From NCBI GenBank assembly GCA_002269645.1, contig NIVC01002985.1, forward strand, positions 63,377-127,376: a DNA stretch of 64,000 nt, written 5' to 3'. This document shows positions 26,001-37,783 of this stretch, piece by piece. The notes under the pieces are model-generated. The model was not told where the DNA came from and ran no database searches. It was given only the letters and a program-made list of their open reading frames with translations. The position numbers were made by a program, and so were the translations under genes. Source of the stretch: Macrostomum lignano (taxonomy: Eukaryota). How positions within the stretch are numbered: the first letter of the stretch is position 1; every line of letters starts with the position of its first letter.

Positions 26001-29000
26001 GCGATGATCTAGGGGTCAACTAAGGTTATGTGATGATATAGGGGTCAACTAAGGCTACGTGATGATCTAGGGGTCAACTAAGGTTATGTGATGATCTAGG
26101 GGTCAACTAAGGCTACGTGATGATCCAAGGGTCAACTAAGGTTACGTGATGATCTAGGGGTCAACTAAAGTTACATGATGATCTAGGGGTCAACTAAGGT
26201 TCATGATGATCTAGGGGTCAACTAAGGCTACGTGATGATCTAGGGGTCAACTAAGGTTCATGATGATCTAGGGGTCAACTAAGTTTATGTGATGATCTAG
26301 GGGTCAACTAAGGCTACGTGATGATCTAGGGGTCAACTAAGGCTACGTGATGATCTAGGGGTCAACTAAGGCTACGTGATGATCTAGGGGTCAACTAAGG
26401 TTCATGATGATCTAGGGGTCAAAGGTTATGCGATGATCTAGGGGTCAACTAAGGTTATGTGATGATATAGGGGTCAACTAAGGCTACGTGATGATCTAGG
26501 GGTCAACTAAAGTTATGTGATGATCTAGGGGTCAACTAAGGTTATGTGATGATCTAGGGGTCAACTAAGGCTACAGGATACTCTAGGGGTCAACTAAGGT
26601 TACATGATGATCTAGGGGTCAATTAAGGTCAATATAGGACTTGTGAGTAAACTAGGGTCAGTTAAGGTCAACTGAGAAATATAAGCATCTAGCATGAGAC
26701 TCCGTGTCTGAGTTGTTACTAAATTATAGTTTAAATGCTCTTTTTATTACTTTTCCCGTCGCAATCCTTCGCCACTCGCAGCCATCTCGGCTACAAAGTC
26801 TGCCTAGACGCATTCCGTTGGATTGACGCATCCAGTGAAATCGGCACTGAACGAGAAATTCTGGCCGCCCTGCGCAAAGGCCTCGTCCGGTTTGCCGAAG
26901 AATTCCCAACCGGCTTTATGTGCCCTTCCTGGGCCGGGCTGAGGCCGGCTTGGCTTGATGAGCTTGTGGGCGATTCTAGCGACGATGACAGCAATGATGA
27001 GCTGACGCCCAGGCAGTTGGGCCGGCTGCTCATACAGTTCGCTCTGTGCATTCGTTGGGTCTGCTTTGCTAACTTCTGGGCTGACGGTGTTGGGCTAACC
27101 GATCTGGTGTACATCACCCCGGCCGACAAGGAGAGGCACAAACGCGGTCGAAAGGCCGAGAAGGAGGCCGCTGCTGCCGCTGCTTCGGCCTCCGCGGTGG
27201 CCTCGTCTGCCTGGGCCGGTCAGGATGCAGCCGTTGACTTTGTGCCGGTTGTGCCCACCAAAAATAGAAAGCCGATTAAGCACTCGGTAAGAGAACGAAT
27301 ATCTGGCTAGCGAGCTGGTTTGAAACTTGTTTACAGTACTGACAAACCATTGGATCCTCAGTTGCGCTAGGCCTCCAGCCTACCAGATCCTCGGTTGCTA
27401 GGGCTAGCCTTCCAGATCCTCAATTACTGGGCCAGCCTCCCAGATCCTCAGTTGCTGGGCTAGCCTCCCAGATCCTCAGTTGCTAGGCTCCCAGCTTCCC
27501 AGACCCTCAGTTGCTGGGCTCAGCTGATCAGCCAATAAACTCCCAGATCCTCAGCTGCTGAGTTTAGCTGATCAGCCAATAAACTCCCAGATCCTCAGCT
27601 GCTGAGTTTAGCTGATCAGTCAATAAACTCCCAGATCCTCGGCTGCTGAGTTTAGCTGATCATTCAATAAACTCCCAGATCCTCGGCTGCTGAGTTTAGC
27701 TGATCAGTCAATAAACTCCCAGATCCTCAGCTGCTGAGTTCAGCTGATCAGTCAATAAACTCCCAGATCCTCAGCTGCTGAGTTTAGCTGATCAGTCAAT
27801 AAACTCCCAGATCCTCGGCTGCTGAGTTTAGCTGATCAGTCAATAAACTCCCAGATCCTCGGCTGCTGAGTTTAGCTGATCAGTCAATAAACTCCCAGAT
27901 CCTCGGCTGCTGAGTTTAGCTGATCAGCCAATAAACTCCCAGATTCTCAGCTGCTGAGTTTAGCTGATCAGTCAATAAACTCCCAGATCCTCGGCTGCTG
28001 AGTTTAGCTGATCAGTCAATAAACTCCCAGATCCTCGGCTGCTGAGTTTAGCTGATCAGTCAATAAACTCCCAGATCCTCGGCTGCTGAGTTTAGCTGAT
28101 CAGTCAATAAACTCCCAGATCCTCAGCTGCTGAGTTCAGCTGATCAGCCAATAAACTCCCAGATCCTCAGCTGCTGAGTTCAGCTGATCAGCCAATAAAC
28201 TCCCAAATCCTCAGCTGCTGAGTTTAGCTGATCAGTCAATAAACTCCCAGATCCTCAGCTGCTGAGTTCAGCTGATCAGTCAATAAACTCCCAGATCCTC
28301 AGCTGCTGAGTTTAGCTGATCAGTCAATAAACTCCCAGATCCTCGGCTGCTGAGTTCAGCTGATCAGTCAATAAACTCCTCTCCGGCAGGTTTACCGTCA
28401 AAGTGGCGAAGAATTTCGTTTGCGCGCCGGCGACGGCTGGATGTGGCTGAGCAGCGCTCGTCGGAGCGGCACCGCCACTCAGACAAAGCGGAAGCCGAGC
28501 GGCTGCTCCCTGGACAATCTGCTGGCCCAACGCGAATCCCTCATCAGCTCCTACGCCATCCAAGTGCCGGCTCTGGAGCGCCGGCTCGAGGCCATGACCG
28601 AGGAGCTGGACACCCTAGTAGAAACCCTGGCAAAGCGACGCGACACGCAGAAGCAACAGCAGCAACAGCTGATGCAGGCTCAGCACCAGCTTCAACAGCA
28701 GCAATTGCTGACTAATGGTGGCCGAGTGTCCAGACCGACTGGCACAGTGCCGCAGTACGATGGCGGCGGCTACGGCAGCAGCGACAATGACGATAATGAC
28801 GATCCTCAGTTTGAAGAGGGCGACAGCGACTATGATGAGTTTGCTGAGCAGCAGCAGATGCAGCAACAGCAGCAGTCTCAGGTATAGCCAGATTGGTCAA
28901 ATGCTAGTAGTGCGTTTTAATAAATATAGCTAATTTTATAGCTAAATTTTGCTGTCAATACTCTCAGTGCACTACTAACAGGACAGACCAAAAATCGAAA

Positions 29001-32000
29001 AGCTATTAGGCTCTTAGGTCGTAGTAGTCACTTAAGAATATTTAAATTTTTACATTTTGGACCCGTTAAAATGTACGTAGCTTGCATTCTTCCTATCCAT
29101 TCAGGTTATTCGTTTTGGCGGCGGCGTGGGTGGCGGCGGCGGCGGCGGCGGACTCAAAGTTGTGGGCTCAACGCCCGGCTCAGTAGTCAAGGTGCCACTA
29201 GTGCTGGGCGGGCCGGCAGCCACTAATCTGGTTGTCAAGCGGTTGCCAGGCTCCGTCGGCGCCTCTGGCGGCGTTGCCACTGTTGTAAGAATCCCGCCGC
29301 CTTCGTCGTCATCGGCATCGTTGGCGGCGGCGACTCCGTCAGTGATTCGACCGGCGCCTACGCCGATGTCGGCCTTGTCCGGTTTTAAAATTGTCCCGCC
29401 GACACAGATGCGACCCGTCGGAGGCGCCGGCAGAGGCCGCCAAATCAACGACATCGACGACGGCATGGATTTTGACGACGATGACGAGATTGGCGAAGAT
29501 TTTGAAGATTTCTATGGTAAACGGCCGCGGCCGAGGGTGACGCCGACCGTGCTACACCAGATGACGCCATCGTCAGGTGGCCGAGGCCGCGGTCGGGGCC
29601 GGGGTCGAGGCCGCGGGCGACCGCGAGGTCGACGCTCCGACGTTCACGTGCAGTCGATGGGCACGCCGCGACAGCAGCAGCAGCAGCAGCTGGAAGACTA
29701 CGATCGGTTCGAGGGATTCTCAGCCAGGCGCAGCGCGACGCTGGACGGTCTGCAGGCAAGCGGCGGGGTCGGGATGCAGCAGTTGCTACAGCGGCACCAG
29801 CAGCACCTGCAGCCGGCTTCTATTCAGCGTAGTAGGCCGCAGCCAGTGCCGCTGCCGCCACAGCAGCAGCTGTTTCCTAGAAACCGTCTGACACCCGGCG
29901 GCGGTGTCGGCGGCCCATTCAGCCATCTGCAGCATCAGGCCACGCCGACATCGCTGGCCACGACAGCTTCGACTGCGGCTATGCGATCGGCGTCTACCGC
30001 TGGCGCCGCCGCTGGTCACGGAGGCGGCCGTCGGTCTGCCGTGATGTCGGTGCCGCAGGGTCCTGTTCGAGTCCGTGCTACTGCCACACTGATTAACGCA
30101 GCCATCGAGCATCGGTGTCGCGAGTTGCAACTGTCCATAGCCAGGTGTCGGATGATTCTGTCCTGTCTGGCTGGCGAAACTCGATCGACTAGCGAGCCGG
30201 CTTATCACGTGAGAATTTTGCATTTTCCCTATTGGATGCTGAGTGTCTTAAGAGTGCCTAAGAGCACTAATCCCCTGTCTTAACAGCACTAATTCACTAT
30301 CTGAGAGCACTAATCCACTGTCCAAGAGCAATAATCTACTGTCTAAGAACGCTAATCCACTGTGTAGCAGCACTAATCCACTGTCTTAGTACGCTAATCC
30401 ACTGTCTAAGAACCCTAATCCACTGTGTAACAGCACTAATCCACTGTCTAAGAACCCTAATCCACTGTGTAACAGCACTAATCCACTGTCTAAGAACGCC
30501 AATCCACCGTCTAAGAACGCTAATCCACCGTCTAAGAACACTAATGCACTGTCAAAGAGCGGCATACAACTTTTCTGCTTAATGGATTAGGGCAGCTTGA
30601 AATATCTAGAATTAGCTGTTAAAATGTCTTATATTATCAATAGAAGAAATTATTCATTAAATCTATTCCGATTTATCCCATTATCCCTGTCTTCGCGTTA
30701 ATCCCAGACAACCAGCGTCAGTATATCGGTGCCCGAGCACTACGCCTGCCCGAAGCCTCCGCCGTCCAACCGTTCAGCCAGCGGCATCTTCAACCAGCCC
30801 CGGGTGCACCTGGCCAAGCTGGCCAGGCGGGCCGGCAGGTGGGAGCTGCCCGGATTTAATTACGAACGAAAACTGCCAGCCCTGTGCAAGTGGCCCTATC
30901 CTTCGCCTAGACCTTCGGTGTGTTCGGTTTGGCTTAACAGTCTGCTGTCTGAGCCTACCGTGTTTAGCCTGGCATTCGCTTTTCGAATGCTGCACCACTG
31001 CTTGGCCTGGGACGAGATCTGGTCGGATTGTCCCGGCGCCAATCAGGAGACTGGCGAGTACACAGTGCCGCAGGCTGCTGGCAATGCCGGCGACTCAGCT
31101 AAGGATAAGAAACAGGTAAGTTCGGGCTGATTGGTCTAATAGAGCTGAATCTGTCCCCCTACTCTCTGACTTAGCTCCCCTCAGTGCCATCTACAGCTGT
31201 TCCCTCAGCTGCTTCAGTGCCATCTGCAGCTGTTCCCTCAGCTGCTTCAGTGCCATCTGCAGCTGTTCCCTCAGCTGCTTCAGTGCCATCTGCAGCTGTT
31301 CCCTCAGCTGCTTCAGTGCCATCTGCAGCTGTTCCCTCAGCTGCTTCAGTGCCATCTGCAGCTGTCACCTCAGCTGCTTCAGTGCCATCTGCAGCTGTTC
31401 CCTCAGCTGCTTCAGTGCCATCTGCAGCTGTCACCTCAGCTGCTTCAGTGCCATCTACAGCTGTTCCCTCAGCTGCTTCAGTGCCATCTACAGCTGTTCC
31501 CTCAGCTGCTTCAGTGCCATCTGCAGCTGTTCCCTTAGCTGCTTCAGTGCCATCTGCAGCTGTTCCCTCAGCTGCTTCAGTGCCATCTGCAGCTGTTCCC
31601 TCAGCTGCTTCAGTGCCATCTACAGCTGTTCACTCAGCTGCTTCAGTGCCATCTGCAGCTGTTCACTCAGCTGCTTCAGTGCCATCTACAGCTGTTCCCT
31701 CAGCTGCTTCAGTGCCATCTACAGCTGTTCCCTCAGCTGCTTCAGTGCCATCTACAGCTGTTCCCTCAGCTGCTTCAGTGCCATCTGCAGCTGTTCCCTC
31801 AGCTGCTTCAGTGCCTTAAAAATTAATAGCATAAGTTTTACGAGTCTCAGATCATAAAGTTTGCTCAACCCCCCCCCCCCCCCGGCAACCTGGCAGGTGA
31901 CCCGGGTAGTCCGCGGCCACCAGCAGCTGGACAGTTGCGGCCTCAGCTATCGCTACCTGATTGAGAAGACAATTGTCACCAGCGTGCCAGCCATTGGCCG

Positions 32001-35000
32001 CTACGCAGCCGCTCTGCAGGGCGCCGACGACTGCCTGATGGACGACGAGGACGGAGCTGGCGCCGAATCCGGCGATGAAGACTGGATGCCCGGTCTTGGC
32101 GGCGGCAGGGCCGGCGGCGGAAGTCGGCGACGTCGAAATCGAGGCAATCGAGGCGCCGGAGCTTACAGGTTTGACTGAGGGTGCAGATTAGGAAAATCGG
32201 TCCTGACGGCAATAAGGAATTGACCCATGACAATAAAAAAATCCCCCGTGACTATAAGAAAATCTCCCTATGACAATAAGGGAAATCCTCCTATGACAAT
32301 AAGGGAAATCCTCCTATGACAATAAGGGAAATCCTCCTATGACAATAAGGGAAATCCTCCTATGACAATAAGGGAAATCCTCCCATGACAATAAGGGAAA
32401 TCCCCCTATGACAAGGAAAATCCCCCTATGACAATAAGGGAAATCCACCTATGACAATAAGGGAAATCCCCCTATGACAAGGAAAATCCCCCTATGACAA
32501 TAAGGGAAATCCACCTATGACAATAAGGGAAATCCACCTATGACAATAAGGGAAATCCACCTATGACAATAAGGGAAATCCACCTATGACAATAAGGGAA
32601 ATCCACCTATGACAATAAGGGAAATCCCCCTATGACAAGGAAAATCCCCCTATGACAATAAGGGAAATCCACCTATGACAATAAGGGAAATCCACCTATG
32701 ACAATAAGGAAAATCGTCTCCCTTGTGCAATCCCCCTGAATCGATCAATCGCACTCCGAACCAAACAACCCAGGGAGACTCGCAGCCAAACCCAGGAGGA
32801 ATGGATCAAAGAGAAGGACCTCCACCTGTGGGAGGTGATCTATTATCAGACTAGAATGGTTAAAGCGTTACGCAATCTGCGTGACAACGAGAAGCTGTGC
32901 GAGATCGCCCAGCCGAAACCGCCGCAACAGCCGCCTCCGCCTCCGCCGCAACCGCCTCAGCAGCTGAAGCCAACTCAGCTAGCCCAAGTGAGACTCATGA
33001 CCCAGCCGCGTCAGCAGTCTGCAGCACCCGAGCAGCATAGTCTGCAACCTGAGCAGGAGCAGCAGCAACAGTTCAACAATCAGCCGCCAAAGATTCTCAG
33101 CGTTTCCGGCGGCGCTGGCGGAAATCCAATCACTGCTAGAATTGCCGCCTCTTCAGGCACCCTGTCTGCTAGCTCCATTCTGCGGAAACCGGTGAGGACG
33201 GCTCTGGTTTATTACCCATCACTAGGGACTTCCCCTCGGCTTATTAAACATCACTGGGGAATTCCCCTCAGTTTATTACCCATCACTGCGGAATTCCCCT
33301 CGGTTTATTACCCATCATTGGTGAATTCCCTTCAGTTTATTACCAATCACTGCGGAATTCCCCTCGGCTTATTACCCATCATTGGTGAATTCCCCTCGGT
33401 TTATTACCCATCACTGCGGAATTCCCCTCGGTTTATTACCCATCATTGGTGAATTCCCCTCAGTTTATTACCCATCACTGCGGAATTCCCCTCGGTTTAT
33501 TACCCATCATTGGTGAATTCCCTTCAGTTTATTACCAATCACTGCGGAATTCCCCTCGGCTTATTACCCATCATTGGTGAATTCCCCTCGGTTTATTACC
33601 CATCACTGCGGAATTCCCCTCGGTTTATTACCCATCATTGGTGAATTCCCCTCGGTTTATTACCCATCACTGCGGAATTCCCCTCGGTTTATTACCCATC
33701 ATTTGGGAATCCCCCTGCGCATTACCCCTGGAGATTCGCCTTGTTTCTTATACTTCCCTTACAATAATTCCCCTGTAAAGCCGTACATCATCGCCTGCCC
33801 AATAAAATTCCCTCCCTCAGTTATTTGCCCGTCGCACAGAGGCAGACCGCGACTCGCCGTTAGATCCGAAAACTGCTCAACAACTCGAAGCTCTGCGCCG
33901 AGCCATCGGCGGTAGTTCGGCTGCTAATCCCGACTCGGAAGAGGAATCGTTCGATCTTAACGAGCGGAAAAGATCGGCTGCTCAGCCTGTACAGCAGCAA
34001 CCGCAACAGCAAAAGCAACAACAACAGCAACAGCAGCAGCAACAGCAGCAGCAGCAACAACAACAACAGCAACAGCAACAACGGCAGCAGGAGCAACAGC
34101 AGATTCTGCAACAGAAAAAGCAACAAGTAGCCGCCGCGGCTGCAACTGCCGAGCGTCAGGACCGACTATTGAAAGCCCTGGCTGGCCGGGCGGCCCAGCT
34201 CAAACTGAGCATGCTCAAACGGCGCCAACTGGCCTGTCAGGAGATGCGCCTGGAGATGGAGCAGGAGCGAGAAGAAGCCAAGCGGAAGCCAATGTCGCCG
34301 CCTCCACCGTCTCAGCAGCAGCAGAAGTCGGCTTCTCCAAAGAAACCGACGCCTTTGAAGCAGCAACAGCCAGCTCAATCTGAGCAGAGCCAAGAGAAGC
34401 AGAAGCAAAAGCAAAAGAAAGCGCAACAACAATCAACCGATTCGACCAGCAATCTTGACGACGTTTTCAACAGCGTCATCGGCGGCGAGGGCGGCGACAC
34501 CGAAGAGGACGAGTCGGCCCCAGAAGCGCCAAGCGGCGGTAAGAAGCGCAAAAAGCAGAAAGCGGCGCCCAGCGGCAGGAAGCGTCCGCGATCGTCGGGA
34601 TCGCCTGCGGCGCCGGCTTCAACGGTGGCTAAACGGCCGCAGCTGATGGCACAGGAGCCGCTGTACTGCGTCTGTCAGCAGCCGTACGATCCGACTAAAT
34701 TCTACATCGGCTGCGACAGATGCGACAATTGGTACCACGGCAGGTGCGTCGGCCTCAGCGAAGACGAAGCCGCCCAACTTGACGGCTATCTGTGCCGGGC
34801 CTGTCGCGACAAGGAGGCCCGCGGCCCTGGTCGGAAATCCGCCGCCGGTGTTAGCGACCAGCCCGAGCTCTACTGCCTGTGCCGGACGCCGTACGACGCC
34901 ACCAGAGTCTATCTGGCCTGCGACGTGTGCGACGATTGGTTCCACGTTGAATGCGTTGGACTGTCCGAGGCTAAAGCTAAAGCGCTGGCCTCTTACACCT

Positions 35001-35904
35001 GCTCTAGTTGTCGGGGCAGTCGGAAGGCTAAAAGCAATCATCAGGTATGGTAGTATTAGAGGAACTTGCTGGAGGGATTTCTTAATGTCATTTCATTTTT
35101 GCAATGTCTCAATGGATTTTTTGGGGTGGGGTGACGCATACACTTCCTTCGGGTAATCCCCATAGATTTCTTTCGGGGAATCTCCGAAAGAATTACTCCG
35201 GGGAATCCCCATAGATTTTCTTCGGGAAATCCCCATTGATTGCCTTCAAGGACCCCATTGATTTTCTTCGGAGAATCCCTATAAATTTTCTTCCGGGAAT
35301 TCCCATAGATTTCCTTCGGGGAATCCCTCGATAGATTTCCTTCAGGGAATCCCCCAATAGATTTACTTCGGGGAATCCCCATAGATTGCCTTCAAGGAAT
35401 TCCCCATAGATTTCCTTCAGGGAATCCCTCCGAAAGATTTGCCTCAAGGAATATCTAATTTTGTGAAGCTTTCCTGTTATTAATCCGATGATTTCTTTGA
35501 AATTTTCCGCATTCATCTATAACATATGCTTGATTCTAAACACCTTTTTTGAAACGCCCAATCCTCAGGTGGTGATCAACTCCAGCTTGCACGGCCAGCT
35601 GTTGGAGCTGCTACAGCGAGTGTGCAGCCGGCCCTCGGCCAGGATCTTTCTAAAGCCCGTGGACTCTCGCAAATATCGGGACTACCTAACCATTGTGTCT
35701 GAGCCCATGGACCTTGGCACGGTGCGTCAGAAACTGGTTAAAAAGCGCTACAAATCCTTGGGCAGCTTCATAGCGGATGTGGAGCTTATCTTCGCCAATT
35801 CGCGACTCTACAATCCCATTGTTAGCGACGAATTTCGCGACACCAAGGACCTCGAAGCCTTCTTTACAGCCGAGATTAAGGCGCTTAAAAATCAGATCGG
35901 TTAA
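23035..35904 (+). CDS. BPTF: BPTF / NURF301 nucleosome-remodelling factor subunit (5' exon not identified)
   Basis: Exons: 23035-23432, 24454-24738, 25190-25707, 26782-27286, 28390-28881, 29105-30208, 30708-31115, 31897-32168, 32774-33191, 33821-35044, 35569-35904. GT-AG, phases consistent. DDT domain (YETLRHFSSVLRLACFHYEEFVAAL), PHD1 (YEDHCRVCGK/VGDLLCCESCPAVYHLYC), WHIM-like region, BPTF-specific motifs (VYRQSGEEFR..GWMW, LARRAG..WPYPSPRP, EEWIKEKDLHLWEV), two C-terminal PHD fingers and a terminal bromodomain. Confidence 0.92.
23500..24420. repeat. Degenerate CT-rich array (CTCTCACCACTCCCATCT-like), BPTF intron
   Basis: Direct reading. Confidence 0.85.
24755..25160. repeat. 23-bp minisatellite GGTATTTCATTCACGATTCTCAA, BPTF intron splitting PHD1
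   Basis: Direct reading. Confidence 0.92.
25775..26640. repeat. 29-bp minisatellite GATGATCTAGGGGTCAACTAAGGCTACGT, BPTF intron
   Basis: Direct reading. Confidence 0.95.
27350..28379. repeat. 28-bp units (CAGATCCTCAGTTGCTGGGCCAGCCTCC-like, 27350-27520) grading into a 44-bp array (CAGATCCTCGGCTGCTGAGTTTAGCTGATCAGTCAATAAACTCC), BPTF intron
   Basis: Direct reading. Confidence 0.95.
30255..30560. repeat. 21-bp minisatellite CACTAATCCACTGTCTAAGAA, BPTF intron
   Basis: Direct reading. Confidence 0.9.
31178..31815. repeat. 33-bp minisatellite CAGCTGCTTCAGTGCCATCTGCAGCTGTTCCCT, BPTF intron, stop-free
   Basis: Direct reading; ORF 31184-31819. Confidence 0.95.
32225..32715. repeat. 23-bp minisatellite GACAATAAGGGAAATCC(T/A/C)CCTAT, BPTF intron
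   Basis: Direct reading. Confidence 0.95.
33205..33710. repeat. About 32-bp minisatellite GGAATTCCCCTCGGTTTATTACCCATCACTGC, BPTF intron
   Basis: Direct reading. Confidence 0.95.
35150..35450. repeat. About 23-bp minisatellite GGGGAATCCCCATAGATTTCTTC, last BPTF intron
   Basis: Direct reading. Confidence 0.9.
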
Positions 35905-36662
35905 ATTATTATTGCTTTTTTCAACTGGCTACTACTAGTGTAGTAGTATGATGCAACTGACGCGCATTTTTCTCTGCCGAACTATAAACGATGATGCAAT
36001 TTTCGGTGCGCACTAATCATTAATTTATTTTTTACTGCATGACTCAAACAGAAATCTGAGTACTCAATTTTATTTTTGTTTTAGTGTAGCCATAATTATT
36101 CGTGTTAACCATCAGCGTATGAAACTTGCAACTAATAAGCATGTATATTTGATCTAATTTTTAACCGTTCGCTTTAGTAATATGTTATTATTGCCTTGTT
36201 TATCTGTGTGCAACGCGATAAATATGAAGTATGATATATAAATATAATTCCATACTACTTTGCAGCTAAAACTGTACAGACTTGATCACTGTTTGCGTTG
36301 ATTATCCCCACTGCATTATTAATAATTACAGGTTAAAGAACTTCCGCATGCGCGCTTGTCTTTTTTATCTGAAAACCGACATTTTTCGGTTGTTTTAAGA
36401 AATCCTAACTTGAAATTGTGCAAAATTACTGACTGCTACTTGTAGTACTTTTGTAAGTAAATAGTAACTATCAATCAGGCTGAGTCATATGCTACTTATT
36501 ACGTCATTCATGTGTGTAGTAAATTCCTTGTTTTTCATGCCTTGTTTCTTTCTTATCAGAATACATTAAAAAGAAAGAATTGCTGGCTATGTATTTGACA
36601 AGTAGTGTAACATAAAGTATAATAAAATTGGTCAACAAGCTTTTAACGAGAAAAAAATTAAA

Positions 36663-36799
36663 CAAGGGGTCGGCAAACCCTTTCGGTCCTTTGAAACTTC
36701 GCAATAGTAATTGAGCCTGCTTAATGCTTGTGCCTCCTATCATCTGTCATCTTCCAGCCGTGAGATAATATATTATGGTAAAAAGTTTGCCGATCCTTG
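36663..36799. mobile_element. Small hAT-like remnant between the BPTF and BET 3' ends
   Basis: CAAGGGGTCGGCAAAC ... GTTTGCCGATCCTTG inverted pair resembling CAGGGGTCGGCAAAC hAT ends; no TSD retained. Confidence 0.4.
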
Positions 36800-37783
36800 A
36801 TGTAGACTGTGGTACCGCCACGCGAAAGCTTAATTAATTAAACATAAATAATGACACAATTTTGAACCATAAATGGACCTTGAATGAATGAAGGGTTTTC
36901 GCGTACAGTTAGACACAGTTAAGAACGCATTGATAATGAGTGCCTAATAAGTAATTAATTTTTAAAAAGCTGCTCGTAGCGGACGCTGTAAGTAGTCATG
37001 CCGGCATATGTTTAGTTGCATCTATAAATGATAAAAACAATTCTGCAATAATTTGTACAAAAAAACCGACGCGTCGCGCAATATTTGTAATCGTTTCGGT
37101 AAAAGCTGGACAGGCATGTATGCACATAAAAAGTACTTTTCACTAAGCGGCACTCAATACTGCTGAGACAATTTAAAGCGCAATCCCACTAGTAGTCTAG
37201 CAAGCTGTTTACAAATTTTTAAATCGAGTCGATTCAAATTCAAACAAAATGTTCTCTGCAGCCTACTGATAGTAGCCACTTACGAGTAGTTCACTGGAAA
37301 CAAATTTATTGCATTATGAAAGAATGAAATGGCTAAAAAAACACTTGAACGCGATTGCCAGAATTCTATAAATACGCTATTTGATGTCGCAAAAATTAAT
37401 GCGTGTGTTAAAATACACTGTAGACAACACTAACTAGACAATAGAATTCATGATTATTCTAAATACACAAGCTTTAGACAACAGAAAATCAAAAAACCTA
37501 TGGCATATTTGAACACATTAAAACATTCGATATTTATAAAATTACACACTGCTTAACTGCAATATTCAAGCATTTTAACACGATCGATTTGAGTTCTAGG
37601 CCAATTTTCCCACTTATACTACTAAAAGTAAAACGGACAATAAAACAACGCTTTGCTGTAGCAGACTTTTTTCACTCATTTCAATGATAATTACAGCAGA
37701 TTCAACCGCATCGCATATAACAATGAATTGCAACTGATAAATCCACAAGTCAGTAATCCACTCCGCCTCTTAAACCCCAAGTC

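Noticed and set aside
25775-28379. Regular 29- and 44-bp repeats resembling CRISPR arrays
   Set aside because: Head-to-tail units without unique spacers, no cas genes, eukaryotic introns.
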